The translations under genes and the position numbers were made by a program. Under the pieces are notes generated by a model. The model saw nothing but the letters and a program-made list of their open reading frames with translations. It was not told where the DNA came from and ran no database searches. A stretch of 64,000 nucleotides of DNA from Azolla caroliniana (lineage: Eukaryota > Plantae > Polypodiophyta): assembly GCA_043228905.1 (NCBI GenBank), contig JBHGNT010000011.1:17360001-17424000 (forward strand). The letters run 5' to 3'. The first letter of the stretch is position 1. Every line of letters begins with the position of its first letter. Positions 13,766 through 27,803 of this stretch are shown in pieces.

Positions 13766-15254
13766 GAGGTTTTTTCTTATGATTTACGCTTGAGCTTTGG
13801 AATGGAAGAAATTATTTCTGCTTCATAGGATTGTATATACTAAATGTATACATTCAAGTTCAGTTGTTCCTGGTTACTCCACACTCTCAGATTGATGTGG
13901 AAGAAAATCAAGTTGGCCTTACATGGTTTTTCCCTTTCAAATTTTCACTTCGTATATTTTCATTTTCTTCGGAAATTATTATTGATGAGTCTATTTTCTC
14001 TCCTTTGATTGTAAACAATTGGGATTTTCCTCCAAAGTTGTCTTATCAGATGAGAATTTTGTGCATTACCTTAGAAATTTGAGGCACATTGTAGACATAT
14101 TAATGCAGTTCATTAAAAGTGTATCCAATGGAGACCAATTGTCAATCTATTTGAAGGTGAGTTGAATTTCTATTCTTATAGATTTTCTATTGACACAATG
14201 TATTTAAACTAGAAGGATTAATTGCCAAAATCAAGAAATCAGTGGATGAGGTAATGGTGTACTTTTTATGAGGTATACTCAAGAAATAAATTCGCTTAAT
14301 TTAAAAGTACATTTCCATCATTTTTTATTGAATGGAGACTGTTGCTTGAGCTATTTGAAGTCGAGTCAATTTGTTAATTCTTAATGAGATTTACAGGAAA
14401 CTAATACTCCTACAGATCTTCTCAGGCAATGTATTTAAGAAGGGATTGATCATCAAATTCCAGAAAGCTGTGGATGACTTTACAGATAATGGAGTGGTAC
14501 TGACTGACCCCAACTTTAGAAAGGTGCAAAAGCACTACCTTTGTAGATATAACATCCTTGGGCCCTACCTTAATACTACGTGAATATGTGGTGTATAGTA
14601 ACTTATTTCTTTGTGGTAGCCTCAAAGAACCAATAACAGTGGCTATCCGCTAGTAGTATAATAAGTGAATCTAATCACTTCACATACCTATAGTTGCTCC
14701 ATTCATATATAGATAATTTGACTTTGATGTGTTAGTAATTCACCTGATGGACATGTCTATGATCTTTTGACGAATACACAATTATGGGCATTGGTAACTA
14801 GATTTTGTTAATAAGGTATGCAATGCACTTACAATTGAATACACAGAAAACAAATAATTATTTGCGCAAATGGAACTGTACTCTCCTGTACCATTGACAA
14901 TAAATACATAAAGTAATGCAATTTGGAGGAACAGAAAGCTATATCAGACTATTACAAAAATGGTTCCAAATGCTTAAATGTTTCAGTGAGAAGAGTTGGT
15001 TACAAGTGAAATTTAATTTGGCCTCGATAATTCATTTAAGCTTGTGAAAGTGAACATTCCCTGAAGTCAAAAGAAGACATGAGTTTGAGCAAGTGTGGCT
15101 CTTATAGACATGGTTAAATTGGAAGTAGGATGATGCTTCCAATGTTAGTAATAGATATTCACCCCATAGTCTACGAATTCAATGTTTGCTCAACAAAAAG
15201 ATTGCTCAAATTGATTTACATCAAGTAGATACAAATATCTAAGTCATAAGCTAG

Positions 15255-18200
15255 CTAAAAGCTATTATCTTCCGGTCCAGTGAAATCAGGATCAAATTCT
15301 TTGACCTTCACCTCAGCATCTTCTCCAAATTGAATTGCATTGTCAATGTGTGAGAGCAAGTAATGAATGCTGCCAAGAACAACAAAAATAAAAAATCACG
15401 AAAAATATATGAACAGGATAACAGAAGTTTAAAAACTGGTCTCAAAGATTTCAATTGAGAATATATTAACCTCTTTTCCTTTCGGATGTCAAGTGGGATG
15501 AAGTTGACCATACTATAGTCATCAACCTGTAATAATGTAAAATGAGCATCATATGTAGAAAAATCTGATTTCAACATATTAAGTACAGAGTCAGTACAAG
15601 CTCTGCTAAGGCGTGGTTCAACTTCGAGAAACGTGGAGCCATTTGCTCATTAAGATCAGCAAGCAGAAGCCTTGTATCTGGATCTAAGAACCTAAAGAAC
15701 ACCATAAAAACCCATATCAGCATGAGTATCCATGTGGATCAATCATTAGAATTTTGCCAAATAGGAGAACCAAAGTACATCCAAACTTACAATCGGTAAC
15801 ACAATAACAAAGAACTGCATGAATGTGCTGCAGCTTATAGTACATACTATGAAGACATGGCGGGAAATGAAATACTTCATGACTTTCTATTATTTTGACA
15901 AGTGTATACGGTAAATCCATAATGAAGGTCATACCAACACAAGGCAAAGGTCATTTCTACAAATGATTAGAGGGATTTACTACTTCAAGTTGAAGAGATA
16001 ATTGCATGAAACTAATGCATGGTCTTAGAACTTACATGCATTAGCTCTAGAAAATCCTCCACTACTATGTATATTGGAAAACTTTGGCTTGTCGTTACTT
16101 GGCACAATGTACTAGTATTACTTGCTAGTTCAACACTTACTTGCTAATGCCTTTCTTGTCTTCCATCAGATCCATTTTTGTCAATACATTTATGTGTGGC
16201 AATTCAAACTGTATCATTGCTGAGAGAGATGCTAAGCACCCACTTATATATTTCGCCATATCTGAAACAAACTGCCATCAAATGAAACACGTCTTAGCAC
16301 AGAAATGTGTTTAACTTGCAATGAAAAAATATAACATGAGAAAGAGAGATGTCATAATGTAAGGTTATGTACAATATATAAAGGACACACTTGTACAATC
16401 AGAAAAGCAAAAAAAAATTGTTTACCTGACAATCAAGCAGATATACAGCACAGACATTGAAGTCCCACCGCTTTAACTGATCAACAAAAGTCTTTAAAAC
16501 TGGAATATGAGAATATAGTTCTATCTGTCCTGCATATATTTAAAAGAGCTAGATCAGCCCGCACAAATTTTCACTGTTGAAAGAAACCATACAAAGAAAG
16601 AAATTAACGCCTTTTAAGAGACCGAAGTGGCCTAAGAGACTGCACAAGAGATTGCATCTTAAAATGTTGGCTCGTATTTTAGAACAAATGAGAAAATGTA
16701 TAATGAAATATTATGTACTGAAGAGTCTCATTAGCTAGGCATTTAAGATTTTGAACTTAGATAAACTGGAACTTTGGAAAAGACTGAAACTTTACCCTTT
16801 GAAAACACATGGTGTGTCAAATTCAGTGAATGGTAATATTGGGGCAGAACAAGTCTGTCTGCTCTCACCCACAATTTTTGCGGCTATGTAGACAGATTAG
16901 GGGGGAGCAGGAGCCAGCCTCACAGGAGTTCCAATACAAATCTTATCAATATGTGGATGACACTGTACTCATTCCAGGTTTACATACGGGACTACAAGCC
17001 CACCTGGCGGACACTGAAGACATTTCACATGGACAGAGATCTTGAACGTCGAGAAAATAAGGTTATGGTGTTTAATGTGACACAAGCATGGGTTACTGGA
17101 TTGGAGCAGGAATTCAGATCTGGTGGAGATCTCATAAAAAATATAAAATCAGATGTATAGGGCACGCGATTCTCCATGAGAGAGACAGCAGGGGCAAGGT
17201 TGGTGTCTTGCTTTGCAGCCTGGGGATTCTGAGAAAAACAATATGCTTACATAGTTTTTCTGGAACCAATGGTTGGGATGAATACACCACTAATGTCCTA
17301 GTCATAGCATCAGATGGGTTTGCCACTCGCCCACCTATATGAATACCCAACTCCCACAATAGCATAATTAAGTAGATCTGTATGTCATAAAATCAACTGC
17401 ATACAGAGACATGAAGATATGAAGGGCTGGAACCAAATGGGCCTCACCAGCTGTGTTCTCTGAAGATTGAGATAGTGGAGCACCATAATTTTGTTATTGT
17501 ATATTCTATGAGATAACAGGAAGATACTACTACTCTATAGGGGAGACTTTGGGTCCATGTAGAAAAGCATGGGCTTAAATAGAGATGCAGAGAACTCTTC
17601 TTGCTCGAACTTAGATGTTACCCAGAGAAACTCTGGAGAAGCAGTGGAATACACCTTTCCAGATCAGATGAGACAAACCAACCCAGCCAGACAGAGAACC
17701 ATCACTACTTCGTAGTCATAAGTAGGGATGCCACGCAACGCTCTGAGAAAATGAAGACTGATCGGGGTAGGTTCGCAGAGAGGAAACTGTGTCTGGTATA
17801 GGGAATGCCTTACCTGAGAAAGTAAGAAAACTGTGCTGTCAGTACCTCTATAATAAGAATGCCCAATGTGAATGTACGAAACACAGAGAGAAGGATCGAT
17901 GTAATAGTCACTCTTCTTGAGGAGGAGATGCCCACTGATGCTTGCACATAATGAGCGCCTGATTCAGAGGAACTATGAAAGTATGCACACATGCTCTCCA
18001 TCAGAATGCACAATTGAACGCAGCCTAGAGGTATTACTCTCAGAAAATAACCATGAACCCAGGATACCCATCCACAACCTCACCATCTCAAAAAGATAAA
18101 AGCCAACATTGCCTATCATGAGTGTGGTTGTTGTAGGCCATGCCATTGCGTCCTCTTAATTTAGAAGATCGAAGATCCAATGAGGGACGTTCTGAGGAGA

Positions 18201-21200
18201 CGGCTCTTTTTTCCCATACTTTTTCTACAACTATTTTCTTCTCATTCTTTTTAAATTTCCCTTAAGACTCATTGTTACTTGACAACTTTCCTCTTTTCTG
18301 CTATGCTTTTTTCACAACTATTTCTTCTTCTCATTCTTTTTAAATCTCATGCAAGGCTCATTGTTACTTGACAAACCTCCTCTTTTCTCACCCCTAATTC
18401 TTTTTTCTAATTTCATCTTTTTTCTCATTTTAAGTTGCAACTTGAATGTTCGCTCAGAACTCTTTCATGCTATTGCATCTGATAATCCATTGAATGACAA
18501 TGCCTATAAATTCAAAGACTTTGAGGTATTCTGGTAGGATTTTCTAAATCTGTTTTCTAAATTGTAGCATTTGCTGCTGTTTTTCTGCCTTATTGAATCT
18601 TAATGTTTGTGATATTTTATGCATGAAATTTAGCAACTGGATATTTTTTACCATATTTATCGTATCGTATAATATAAGTCTTAAAATACTACATTGTATT
18701 GTCACAGACCATAGATGTAGTGTAAATACACTATTGATGCACCTTAGCACCAATTGTGCATAACAAGAAAAATTAGAAGAGGTGACAGAATTGTTTTTTC
18801 AACAACCCTCATATGGGCACTTAATGAAGGCAATCTATGCCTGATAGAGCTTGAAAACTAGCTATTAATGGACCCCTCTTGTATAAGTTAGAACTCTACA
18901 GAGAGAAGATTAATCAGATTAGACGTCTTAGACACAGAAACCATAATCACTATATTCCCTTTCATATGCAATAATTCTCCCTAATATTGTACCTGCACTA
19001 CCAAAAAACTTTGACCCATGAGTAGCTTTCTGCTACTTAGGGCAATTATAGACTCCCAGGGAAGTCTTAACTCCTTTCCTGTCATGTACAGCCACATATT
19101 TTTCCACTATCCGTTTTGCAAATAACTTTCTATGATCATTCACCCAGTAAAAGTGAGAAATTGAACAGTCTGGCACTATGTTTTGCAGATATGTTATTTC
19201 TCATAATATGTAAATTAGGTGATTTTGGTGGCATTAGTCTCCCCTTCTAGCATATATGTATGTCTACATTCTGTATATACTTCAGCTTCTACATGCTCCT
19301 AAAGGACCACACAAGTAGGTTGAATACATCAACCAATATCACTACTGTGGGACTACATTATACCTCATGACCTAATCTCATCACACATACATTATCGCGC
19401 ACCATCAATATCCCGAAAAGTCATTCAACCTTAATATTGGGAATAACACCCATGACAAACTATGTGCAAGGATGGAGTTACAGATCATACTAAAATCTAT
19501 TGTATCAATGAAGGCTTCATGGGCCCAGCATCTATCCTAACTGCAAACTAAATTAAAGAACAGAATACCAACTTATGAAAGATTTAAGATACGCTACCAA
19601 ATTTCATATATAAAATCATTCAGGAAACAACACATCATCTCTTTAATCTGGAACGCTTACCAGGACAATCAAACACCAGATAATCATCATCAATATAGTC
19701 CTCCAATTGTTCAGCCAACCATTCATCTAGGTTCTCTTCTAAATACCTAACAAATAGTTAAGGGAATATGCTGAAATAGAATATCTATATTCAGAGAATA
19801 CCTAATCACAAATCTCTGGAAAAGGATACTCCATACAGTATATCAATCCACCATTAGGTCCAAGCTGCAACTCTTCCATTACATCCTCAAGGGATATCAA
19901 CTCTCGAATATCTAAAACTTCTATATCTTTAGGATCAAACGGAACAAACAGTAAAAACATGTCCAATAAATGTTTTTAAGAAAATTTATTACCCACAGAA
20001 ACAGGATAGCTGAAATGTTCTGCGGCTGGATCCAAATTCACAATATGCACAACACGCCCTATACTTGCACAATGTTGGTGGAGGTTAGCACAATATGTTG
20101 ACTGCCAAGAAGAAGAAGAAGTTTCACAAATCAAACTCCAAACATATAAGCATATAATAAGCTAAATGAATAGATGAATGAAAATTGTTGTTGGGACAAG
20201 AGGTTGCAACTTTACTTCACAAAAACAAACAAATCAATGTGTTAATTGATGCTATTGTGCATTTTCCTATAATGGCAAGTATGAAAATTCACCCACAGTG
20301 GACAGTGGATGCGCCATATATAAGCATGCTCTTCCTCACCTTAATCCCCTCCGTCTCCAAACAACTTCACATAAACGTGAATTTCCCTACGATTTATGGC
20401 ATATAAAAGCATGTGGTGCTATCCAAAGTCTGTTGTATAAGAAATGAAAAAACTAAATGCAATATTATATATAAGTGTTTTTGCAACAAAAATGCATACT
20501 TCAGTAATATCTTGAGACACATTGGCATATTTTGGTCATCTTATCTAAAATGTAAAAATATATAATCCCAAGTGATCACTATGAAATGTGATCTCCAAAA
20601 AGTGATCTCTATAAGATGCATATAAATATTACATTATATGGAATATATATGTAATTGGAAATAAGCAAGGCATATAATAAGTATATATATGTAGTTTTTC
20701 CAACAAAATATAACAGTGTCTTGAGTCTCTGAAGAGCTTCGCAAAAAGCTCACCAAAAGACACATACTGGTATCAGAAAATAAAATACCGCAATAAAAAA
20801 AAACCTGTTTGCAATAAGTTTCCCTGAAGAGATGCAAATTTACTACCGTGGAAAATATAATTAAAACAACAAGATAAATAATTGTTTATTAACAGAGAAA
20901 TAAAGAAAGAAAACCAAACGAAGCTTTGATTTTCCACTGGCCTGGATGGAAAATAATGCAACAAAAATAAAAAAGAATTAATCAAATAAATAAACAGAGC
21001 AAGAACAGGGAAAGGAATTTTTAAGAAAAAATTCCAGTGCATGGGGATCGAATGTAAACAGAGTGGGAAATTAAAATAAGTACACAGAATTAAATTTACA
21101 TATTCACACACAAAATAAGTAGCGATACAATCACAGACTTAAATTTACATGGTCACACACAAAAAAGAAAAAGAAAAGGAAGGACACAAAACAGATAAAT

Positions 21201-21272
21201 GAAATAGAGCTAAGGAAACCTTACTTTTCCACTGCCAGCAGGTCCGATAACGAGTTGAGCGTAGCGGGGCAT
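15255..21272 (-). CDS. GPN3: GPN-loop GTPase 3, 9 exons: 21272-21225, 20101-19993, 19911-19830, 19746-19661, 16529-16426, 16271-16141, 15691-15598, 15526-15471, 15369-15255 (274 aa)
   Basis: Spliced protein [20 protein letters not shown]...[10 protein letters not shown]...[14 protein letters not shown]...[12 protein letters not shown]...[12 protein letters not shown]...[12 protein letters not shown]...[15 protein letters not shown]-loop and GPN motif present; all intron phases are consistent. Confidence 0.95.
16590..18150. mobile_element. Decayed LINE remnants in GPN3 intron 4, in mixed orientations
   Basis: Minus-strand LINE 3' end at ~16600-16800 matches the reverse complement of 9770-9930. 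Plus-strand RT piece YVDDTVLI...[13 protein letters not shown] at ~16950-17100. Further degraded coding-like sequence runs to ~18150. Confidence 0.6.
19747..19829 (-). other. U12-type (minor spliceosome) GT-AG intron, GPN3 intron 3
   Basis: 5' splice site GTATCCTTTT. Branch point TTCCCTTAAC ends 10 nt before the 3' end of the intron. No polypyrimidine tract. Confidence 0.9.
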
Positions 21273-21573
21273 GGTATGGTTTCTCTTTTCTTCTTCCTTC
21301 CTTCTTCTTCTTCTGCTGCTTCGTCTTCTTAACGAGCTCTGTTTTCCATTTCTTACTTGTCTTCGTTTGGTGTGTGTGTGTGTGTGTGTCTCTCTCTCTC
21401 TCCAGTGGTAGCATGTTATACTCACAACAAGCACTATGTCTTGGGTTCGAAACCTTCTCACCTCTCTATTACTTCATACATATCTCTTAATTCATTACAT
21501 GTGTTACATGATTACATCCATATGTGTAACTCGACGAGATGTAGAAGCAATAAAGAAAATAAGGGAACGTGAA

Positions 21574-21834
21574 CTACAACGCCTAGAAGCCATGGCTAGG
21601 GCACTCTATGCATCGGGACCATGGGTCACACCCACACCAAAAACTTTTGACCTCCCACTTCTTTTTGAGAGACTTGGGTGGAAATGAGATTAGGCTTAGT
21701 GCAAAGTTTTGTATACTACCAGAACTTTCTTAGCTTAAGCTATTTTCTTTTATTTTAGTTTTGATGATTGGATAAACACTCATTTTTGTTGTAACCCAAT
21801 TGTCTCATGGGCCAAATTTGGCCTTAGAAGACGT

Positions 21835-21892
<58 letters not shown>
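21574..21892 (+). mobile_element. Second copy of the short (CT)n-tailed dispersed element, upstream of GPN3
   Basis: 21574-21707 matches 4830-4963 inverted. The element ends GGCCTTAGAAGACGTTAAT(CT)n. Confidence 0.65.
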
Positions 21893-21894
<2 letters not shown>

Positions 21895-24800
21895 GGACTT
21901 TGTGTTCCACTGCAGCATCACATCGATAAACGTGTCGACGATGTCGCTCCAAATGAGCCTCCATTCTCCCGCACACATATGTGTCAGACAACAGCAGCTC
22001 GTGAGCTTCACGACATGCTCTTTGGCTGCATCTGCAAAGTGTATAGTTCAATGCATCTTTCGAAGAATATAAATATGCTTGATGCTATGACGGAGCGATA
22101 TGCCCAAGGACTTTAGATGCCTCCTAGTCTACCCCGAAATGATCGTGAAAGTCGCGAAATAGTAGATGTATGATCATAATGTCCTCCTAGTGGACTGTGG
22201 TGAACATAAAGGTGGATGGCTTGTCAATTTTGCATCATTGTTTCACACGAGTTGTTGTTGTTGTTGATGGATATAGTCATTGCTTGTAGTCATCAAGTGA
22301 TTCCTTTGGATTAGAAGATTATTGGTCACCTTCAACTAACCCTACATGTTCATGACCCATAGGAGGAACACCACGGGTAGGGAATCCGCTCAAGATATTT
22401 CACATAAATTGTAGCACACATACTACTTTATTGGTATTAATTTAATGGTTATTAATTGGATTAATTATCTTCGACTAATTAAAATAATTGCCTCCTATTT
22501 GAGCTATGTTGATTTGATATTGATTACATTTTATTCCATGATGCTTAAATTGATTGAATGTTCATTATCACTTGTATTGATGATGATGTCGACGATAACG
22601 TATTTGTCTATGTGAGATCATTTATATGCTGCTATACATGCTTTAGTTTAAACATGAAGTCATCATTGAGTGATGACCTTGTCATTTTAAATAGTCACTG
22701 TTGGGTGATTCATAGCATGACACTTGTGGTAGCTTATTAACGTGCCAATATCAATTGTTTTTCATGTTGAATGTCTTGCAAAGGAAATGCAAAACGTGAC
22801 CAATTGAAATTATAGAATTAAAATTGGAAAGCTACCTTGGTTAAGCACGATGTAGGACCCAAATACGGATCATGTAGAGATCGCTATAGGATGACTATTT
22901 ACTTTTGAGAGGCAAGTTGCACATCATCATGGGTGGTGAGAGCCCTTTGTATCAATTTCTATAACAAGCATGACCATATAATATCCCGTGGTAAGTTATA
23001 CCGTAGTATTAGATACACACGAGGATAACTTACCATGTGATATTATATGGTCATGCCCATAACAAAGCATGAAGAAGGTAGAGATAAATTGTGTTTGTTG
23101 TTATCATACTATGATGGAATGTTTGACATCTCTCCAATTGAATCGAGCATTTGATTTATGTGTTAGTTTAAGCACTTGGTCGCTTGAATGGAAGCATCCT
23201 AAGATGAATCTAAGTGTGTGTGTGATCACAAAATTAACGAGGTTCCCAACCAAGCTAGGAAGAACTTGATTTTGACGGAATGTGTGTAACCTCCCTTCCC
23301 CCTCATAGGGATTAGCTCACATGATTATTGACACACGATTGTCCAATGGAGTGGGCTATTGGTGTCGGAGACCTCCGTTATAAGTGAGGAGATCACTTTT
23401 CACTATGGGTGCTAGATCCCTTACCTTATACCAATGCTTCAATATCTCATTGGGAATATTGCAATTTCGTTCAATTGCAACTCATCACAAATGAGGTGGC
23501 ATCCTTAGACCTTACACCTTGTGTTTTGATGTTTGCTCTTGAGGGATATTAAAAGTTTGTATAATTGTAACTTGTTAGTATAGTTATCGTTAGACCACCT
23601 AGACGTCATGGTTCAATGTTTGTGAGGCATATTGTGGGTTCATATATGCGGGAGTTCCAACTTGGACATTGGAGTATGTTTTTGGGATGTGTTACTCATC
23701 ACCACTTTTTAAATAAATTTAATGCTAGTGATATTTGAAGGGATTGAGTTTTTCTACAAATGTCTTGAACTCTTAATTATTTGTATAGATGTCAATTATG
23801 TATAGATATGCAAGGATCATTGAAAAAACATTGGAAGTCCATGTTGTGGATTGAGTGCAATTCAAATGGGAGTTTGGGTTGGGGTGGCATGTCAAGACCA
23901 TTTGAAAGTAAGTATCTACCCTAGTCTCCACCAAGAAAACGAAAAGGGAGGCTAGTTGTTTTAATCGCAGGGCATATAGTATGAGATCAAACGGAAATAT
24001 TAGTAAATAGGAAACATTGGTACTTAGCAATGAAATGTTATTGTTATGACAATTATGGTGTTTGTGTTGCATGTGATTGCCTTGCATGGTATGCTTACTC
24101 TAGTACAAAAAGTCCTCAACTTCACTAATTGGTGCTCCTTCTCTATATCATTTATATACTTGCACATAAGCAAGAATGATGTAGATTAGATCAAATATTC
24201 CAGTTGTTGAGCTTCATGTTTGATTAAAATTCATCGTCTAGTATCCTCATGGTTGTGATAAGTTCAATACAACAAAATCACTAAGGGACAGTAATGCACG
24301 AGTAGTACAACATCAATGGCACGCAAGAATGTCAATTGTATTAACAAATAACGTCTCAAACTTTCGTGGGAGTTTCTAAAATAAAAAGTAATTAAGAATA
24401 AAATGTATCAACCATATAGACACAATCCATGAAGATTAAGTTATATCCTAAGATAAAATAATGTCATATGTAATTAAGGTAGGTATATGATTGGTCCCAA
24501 TATTAAAGTGACACTAATATGTTGTCCTTAACACGTGCGTGCGTGTGTTGTGGGCACACCACGAAACAACTTAAACAACCTATCAACGAAGTGACTTTGA
24601 TCCTTAACTAGTCATGTGCTTCGAACCTAATATTTTTACTATCAAGCCCAGAACTATTGACTTTCCCATCACATATGAATAATAAATCCCCATGTGTGTT
24701 ATAATAAAACGTTAATGAATGGATGTTGCTTTGGCGTTTTAATACTATGGCGATCCCGAAACCTAATCGGATCTACAGTGCCGTCGATGCACACTAACGA

Positions 24801-26004
24801 AAGGTGTCATTTGCCCCCTTTTAAAAAACTCGATTTTTTCTTTTCACGCGAGAGATCACAAGGATTGAATCTCGGATCATGATATTTAAACCGAAATTAG
24901 TTACTAGAGGGTCTAGCATTAACATAATGGATAAAAGAGGGGAGAATATGACAAATGTATTGGGGTAATCTATCACCTACAAGACTTAGTTAGTTTCTTA
25001 ATAGATAGAGGCTACTCTTGCATATGATGACAAAATGTGAGAGGTGTGTAGGAAATTAGGAGACAATCCAAGCTATGCATGTGCACAGATGGAATGGAAA
25101 ACCATTTTAAAAAATATGCTTATGTTGGTCACATGTTATGGGGACACTTAGGGGACACCTTTAGATATTAAATCATATAGTGCCTAGCTAGTCAAACTAA
25201 ACTCATAATAATTTACTGATGGATTCCTGCAATAAGTCACATTTACAACTAGATCGAGAGGATCATCGACAAATCTTTCTCCCTTTTAACGTGTCTGTCT
25301 TTTGATCCCCATGTATGTGAGCGTCTCCACTAGCAAGTGAAAGCTAGCGATATGCATCGTGTGTGCGTGTATCTTTAACTATCTATCTATCGATCTATGT
25401 ATCTAATCTATCTATATTTGTCTGTGTGTGAAATGTTCGTAATTATGTATGGCTCATGTTGAATTTCCAGTTTGATATAATCAGACTGGATATATTCATC
25501 AATGGAAGGGTGAAAGGAATGACAATTATTAATGATTTGATAATTTAGTATGTAATAAATATGTGATCGATGTGGACGCAGTCTTAGCGAGTTTGAATAA
25601 TAATGATCATGGTCACCAGGACAATGTAGCTGTTCCGTTTATTGATCATCCGTTTTGGAAAGAAAGAAGATCAAACGCCGTTCAAATTACGCATCGCACT
25701 TAAATATTGACGCCATTTTAAAGAGAAATAATTAAATTCACTTGTCGTATGAAATTGCATCATCATCATCATCATGTGGTTTTTGTATAATGATTAGAAC
25801 ACCCCCTTTATTAGTTATTTTAGGAATAGTGACTAATTATACAATTAATGATTGGGAGATTAAAAAGAATTCCTTTTTGTAGGATATGACATATTCATAT
25901 ATCACATCCATTGGATTAATTCGGAAGCTAATTATATACTTCTCGTTAATAAGTTGTATGGGTACAGTAAGTATTCTTAATCATATATGTGTTTATACAA
26001 GAGA

Positions 26005-27803
26005 TTAGTAGAGGAAATCATCTAGGATGATGGAATGTAAGTAGTCATCCTCATGCAGCTGATCAGTATTGGTGTTGTAGTTATAATTATAATTATTACT
26101 AAGATTCGTTGGGTAGTCATTGCAATATAATTGTTGTTGGAGATCGGGGGAATAATTTATTGGCTGATCACTAATATTAGCATTAGCATTGGAATGAGCG
26201 ATCGTGCTTTGATCATCTAATAGTGTGGGATGATGACAATATTGCTGTTGCTGATCATGATTAATTGTTTGTTGAAGCTGCAAAAGTTGATCCATGACGT
26301 CGTAATGGTCCGTATAGCTCTGCTGCGGATGATTAGGAGAAGAAGAAGCAGTAATGGGATAGAAATTAAGCGGTAATAAACCACTGCTATGATTGGCGGG
26401 TGGGTTTATTATAGAGGCGTTGATATTATGGAGGTGATGATGATCACGAGCGAAGAAGGGATCATTAAAACCAGAGTCATAATTAGGGGGCGGTGGCGAT
26501 GGATTGATGAGCAGCAGTTCACGGGCATAATATTGGTCGATGAGATTGACATCATCAGGGATGAAATCGATGGTGCAGGGACTGTGAAAGGTGGATTCAT
26601 GAGGAAGAAGAGGGTGAGGAGGCGAAGGGAGGCAGAATGATGATGTTGTAGCAGCGGTCATCTCATTAGCGTTAGCGATGTTATCATCATGGCAATGATG
26701 ATAATAAGTAGGGTTAAAACTGGGCAAGACAGGGCTGGGTAATACTGAGGCAGGAGTGGTGGTGTTGTCATCATGATGATCATGATGATCATGATGATCA
26801 ACATGATCATGGTCGTCAAGGATCAGAGGATCATGGCAAGAAACTGCATTAATGGCAAGGCCGGGGCCTGAGCCTGCTAACAACAACAGATCATGATGAG
26901 TACCTAGCTGATGATGAGGATGAGGATGAGGATGATGATGAGTGGCGAAGGATTTAGGCGGGAATGGATGATGATCATCCCCACCTGAGGAAGAAAAGGA
27001 GGAGGAGGAGGAGGAGGGAGATGATGATGGTGATGGTGATGGTGATGATCTACGATCAGCAGCGGATGAAGGATTAATGGCGGCGGCGGCGGCGGCGGCG
27101 ATGTGGCAGGTACTAGCAGTAGTGCAGGTAGCTGCGGGGGTGTGCTTATTATTATTAATGGCGGCGCTGGTGGATAAAACCCGAGTGCAAGTACTACCGG
27201 CGGCGGCGGCGGCGGCGGCGCGTTTGGTGGTGGTGGTGCGATTGGTGGTGGCGGCGGCGGCTGAGGCGGCGGACTCGAGGGAGCAGCGCTGGAGCTTGCG
27301 GCGCAGGGCGGGGCTGAAGATGGATGCGGCGGAGAAGCAGGCGGCGGTGAGCGAGAGCGCGGAGTGGGCGTAGTTCGTCTTGGCCTTCGGCCCGCACAGC
27401 ATCCACGCCGCCGTGTCGTACGCCCGCACCGCCTCCTCCCTCGTCGGAAATGTCCCCAGCCATACCCTCCTCTTCCTGTACCTCCATATATATATATATA
27501 TTACACACAGTTAGGCCCCCAACCACTAAACCCTAAACCCTAAACCCCCCTTAAAAACTTGTTCAGTTTGAATTTGACCCCCACCACATTCAACACAATT
27601 CCATCCAGCAACCCCCTTTCCATTCCATTCCAATTTCAACCAATCCATTCCTTAAAACTAATTATCAATCAAATTATGAATGAGCGAGCTGACGAGATTA
27701 ATTGAACTCACGAGATGGGATGCCTTATTTCGGATACCCACGATCCCCAATGCCTCTGCCGCACCCCTCTCAATCGATTGCTGCTACTGTTATTGCCCCC
27801 CAT
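26005..27803 (-). CDS. AP2/ERF transcription factor, ERF group V (SHN/WIN1-ERF003-like). Exons 27803-27712 and 27475-26005 (~520 aa; alternative in-frame ATG at 27899).
   Basis: AP2 domain [22 protein letters not shown]|[35 protein letters not shown], with the intron in the group-V position. Middle motif [12 protein letters not shown]. Long Ala/Ser/His/Asn/Gln low-complexity tail. Confidence 0.92.
27526..27547 (+). promoter_or_regulatory. Three tandem telomere-type repeats (telo-box, AAACCCT) in the ERF intron
   Basis: CTAAACCCTAAACCCTAAACCC is read directly; regulatory function is inferred. Confidence 0.5.

Noticed and set aside
24640-25760. CpG-containing patches resembling DNA-transposon ends downstream of the ERF gene
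   Set aside because: Could not pair TIRs or find a TSD.
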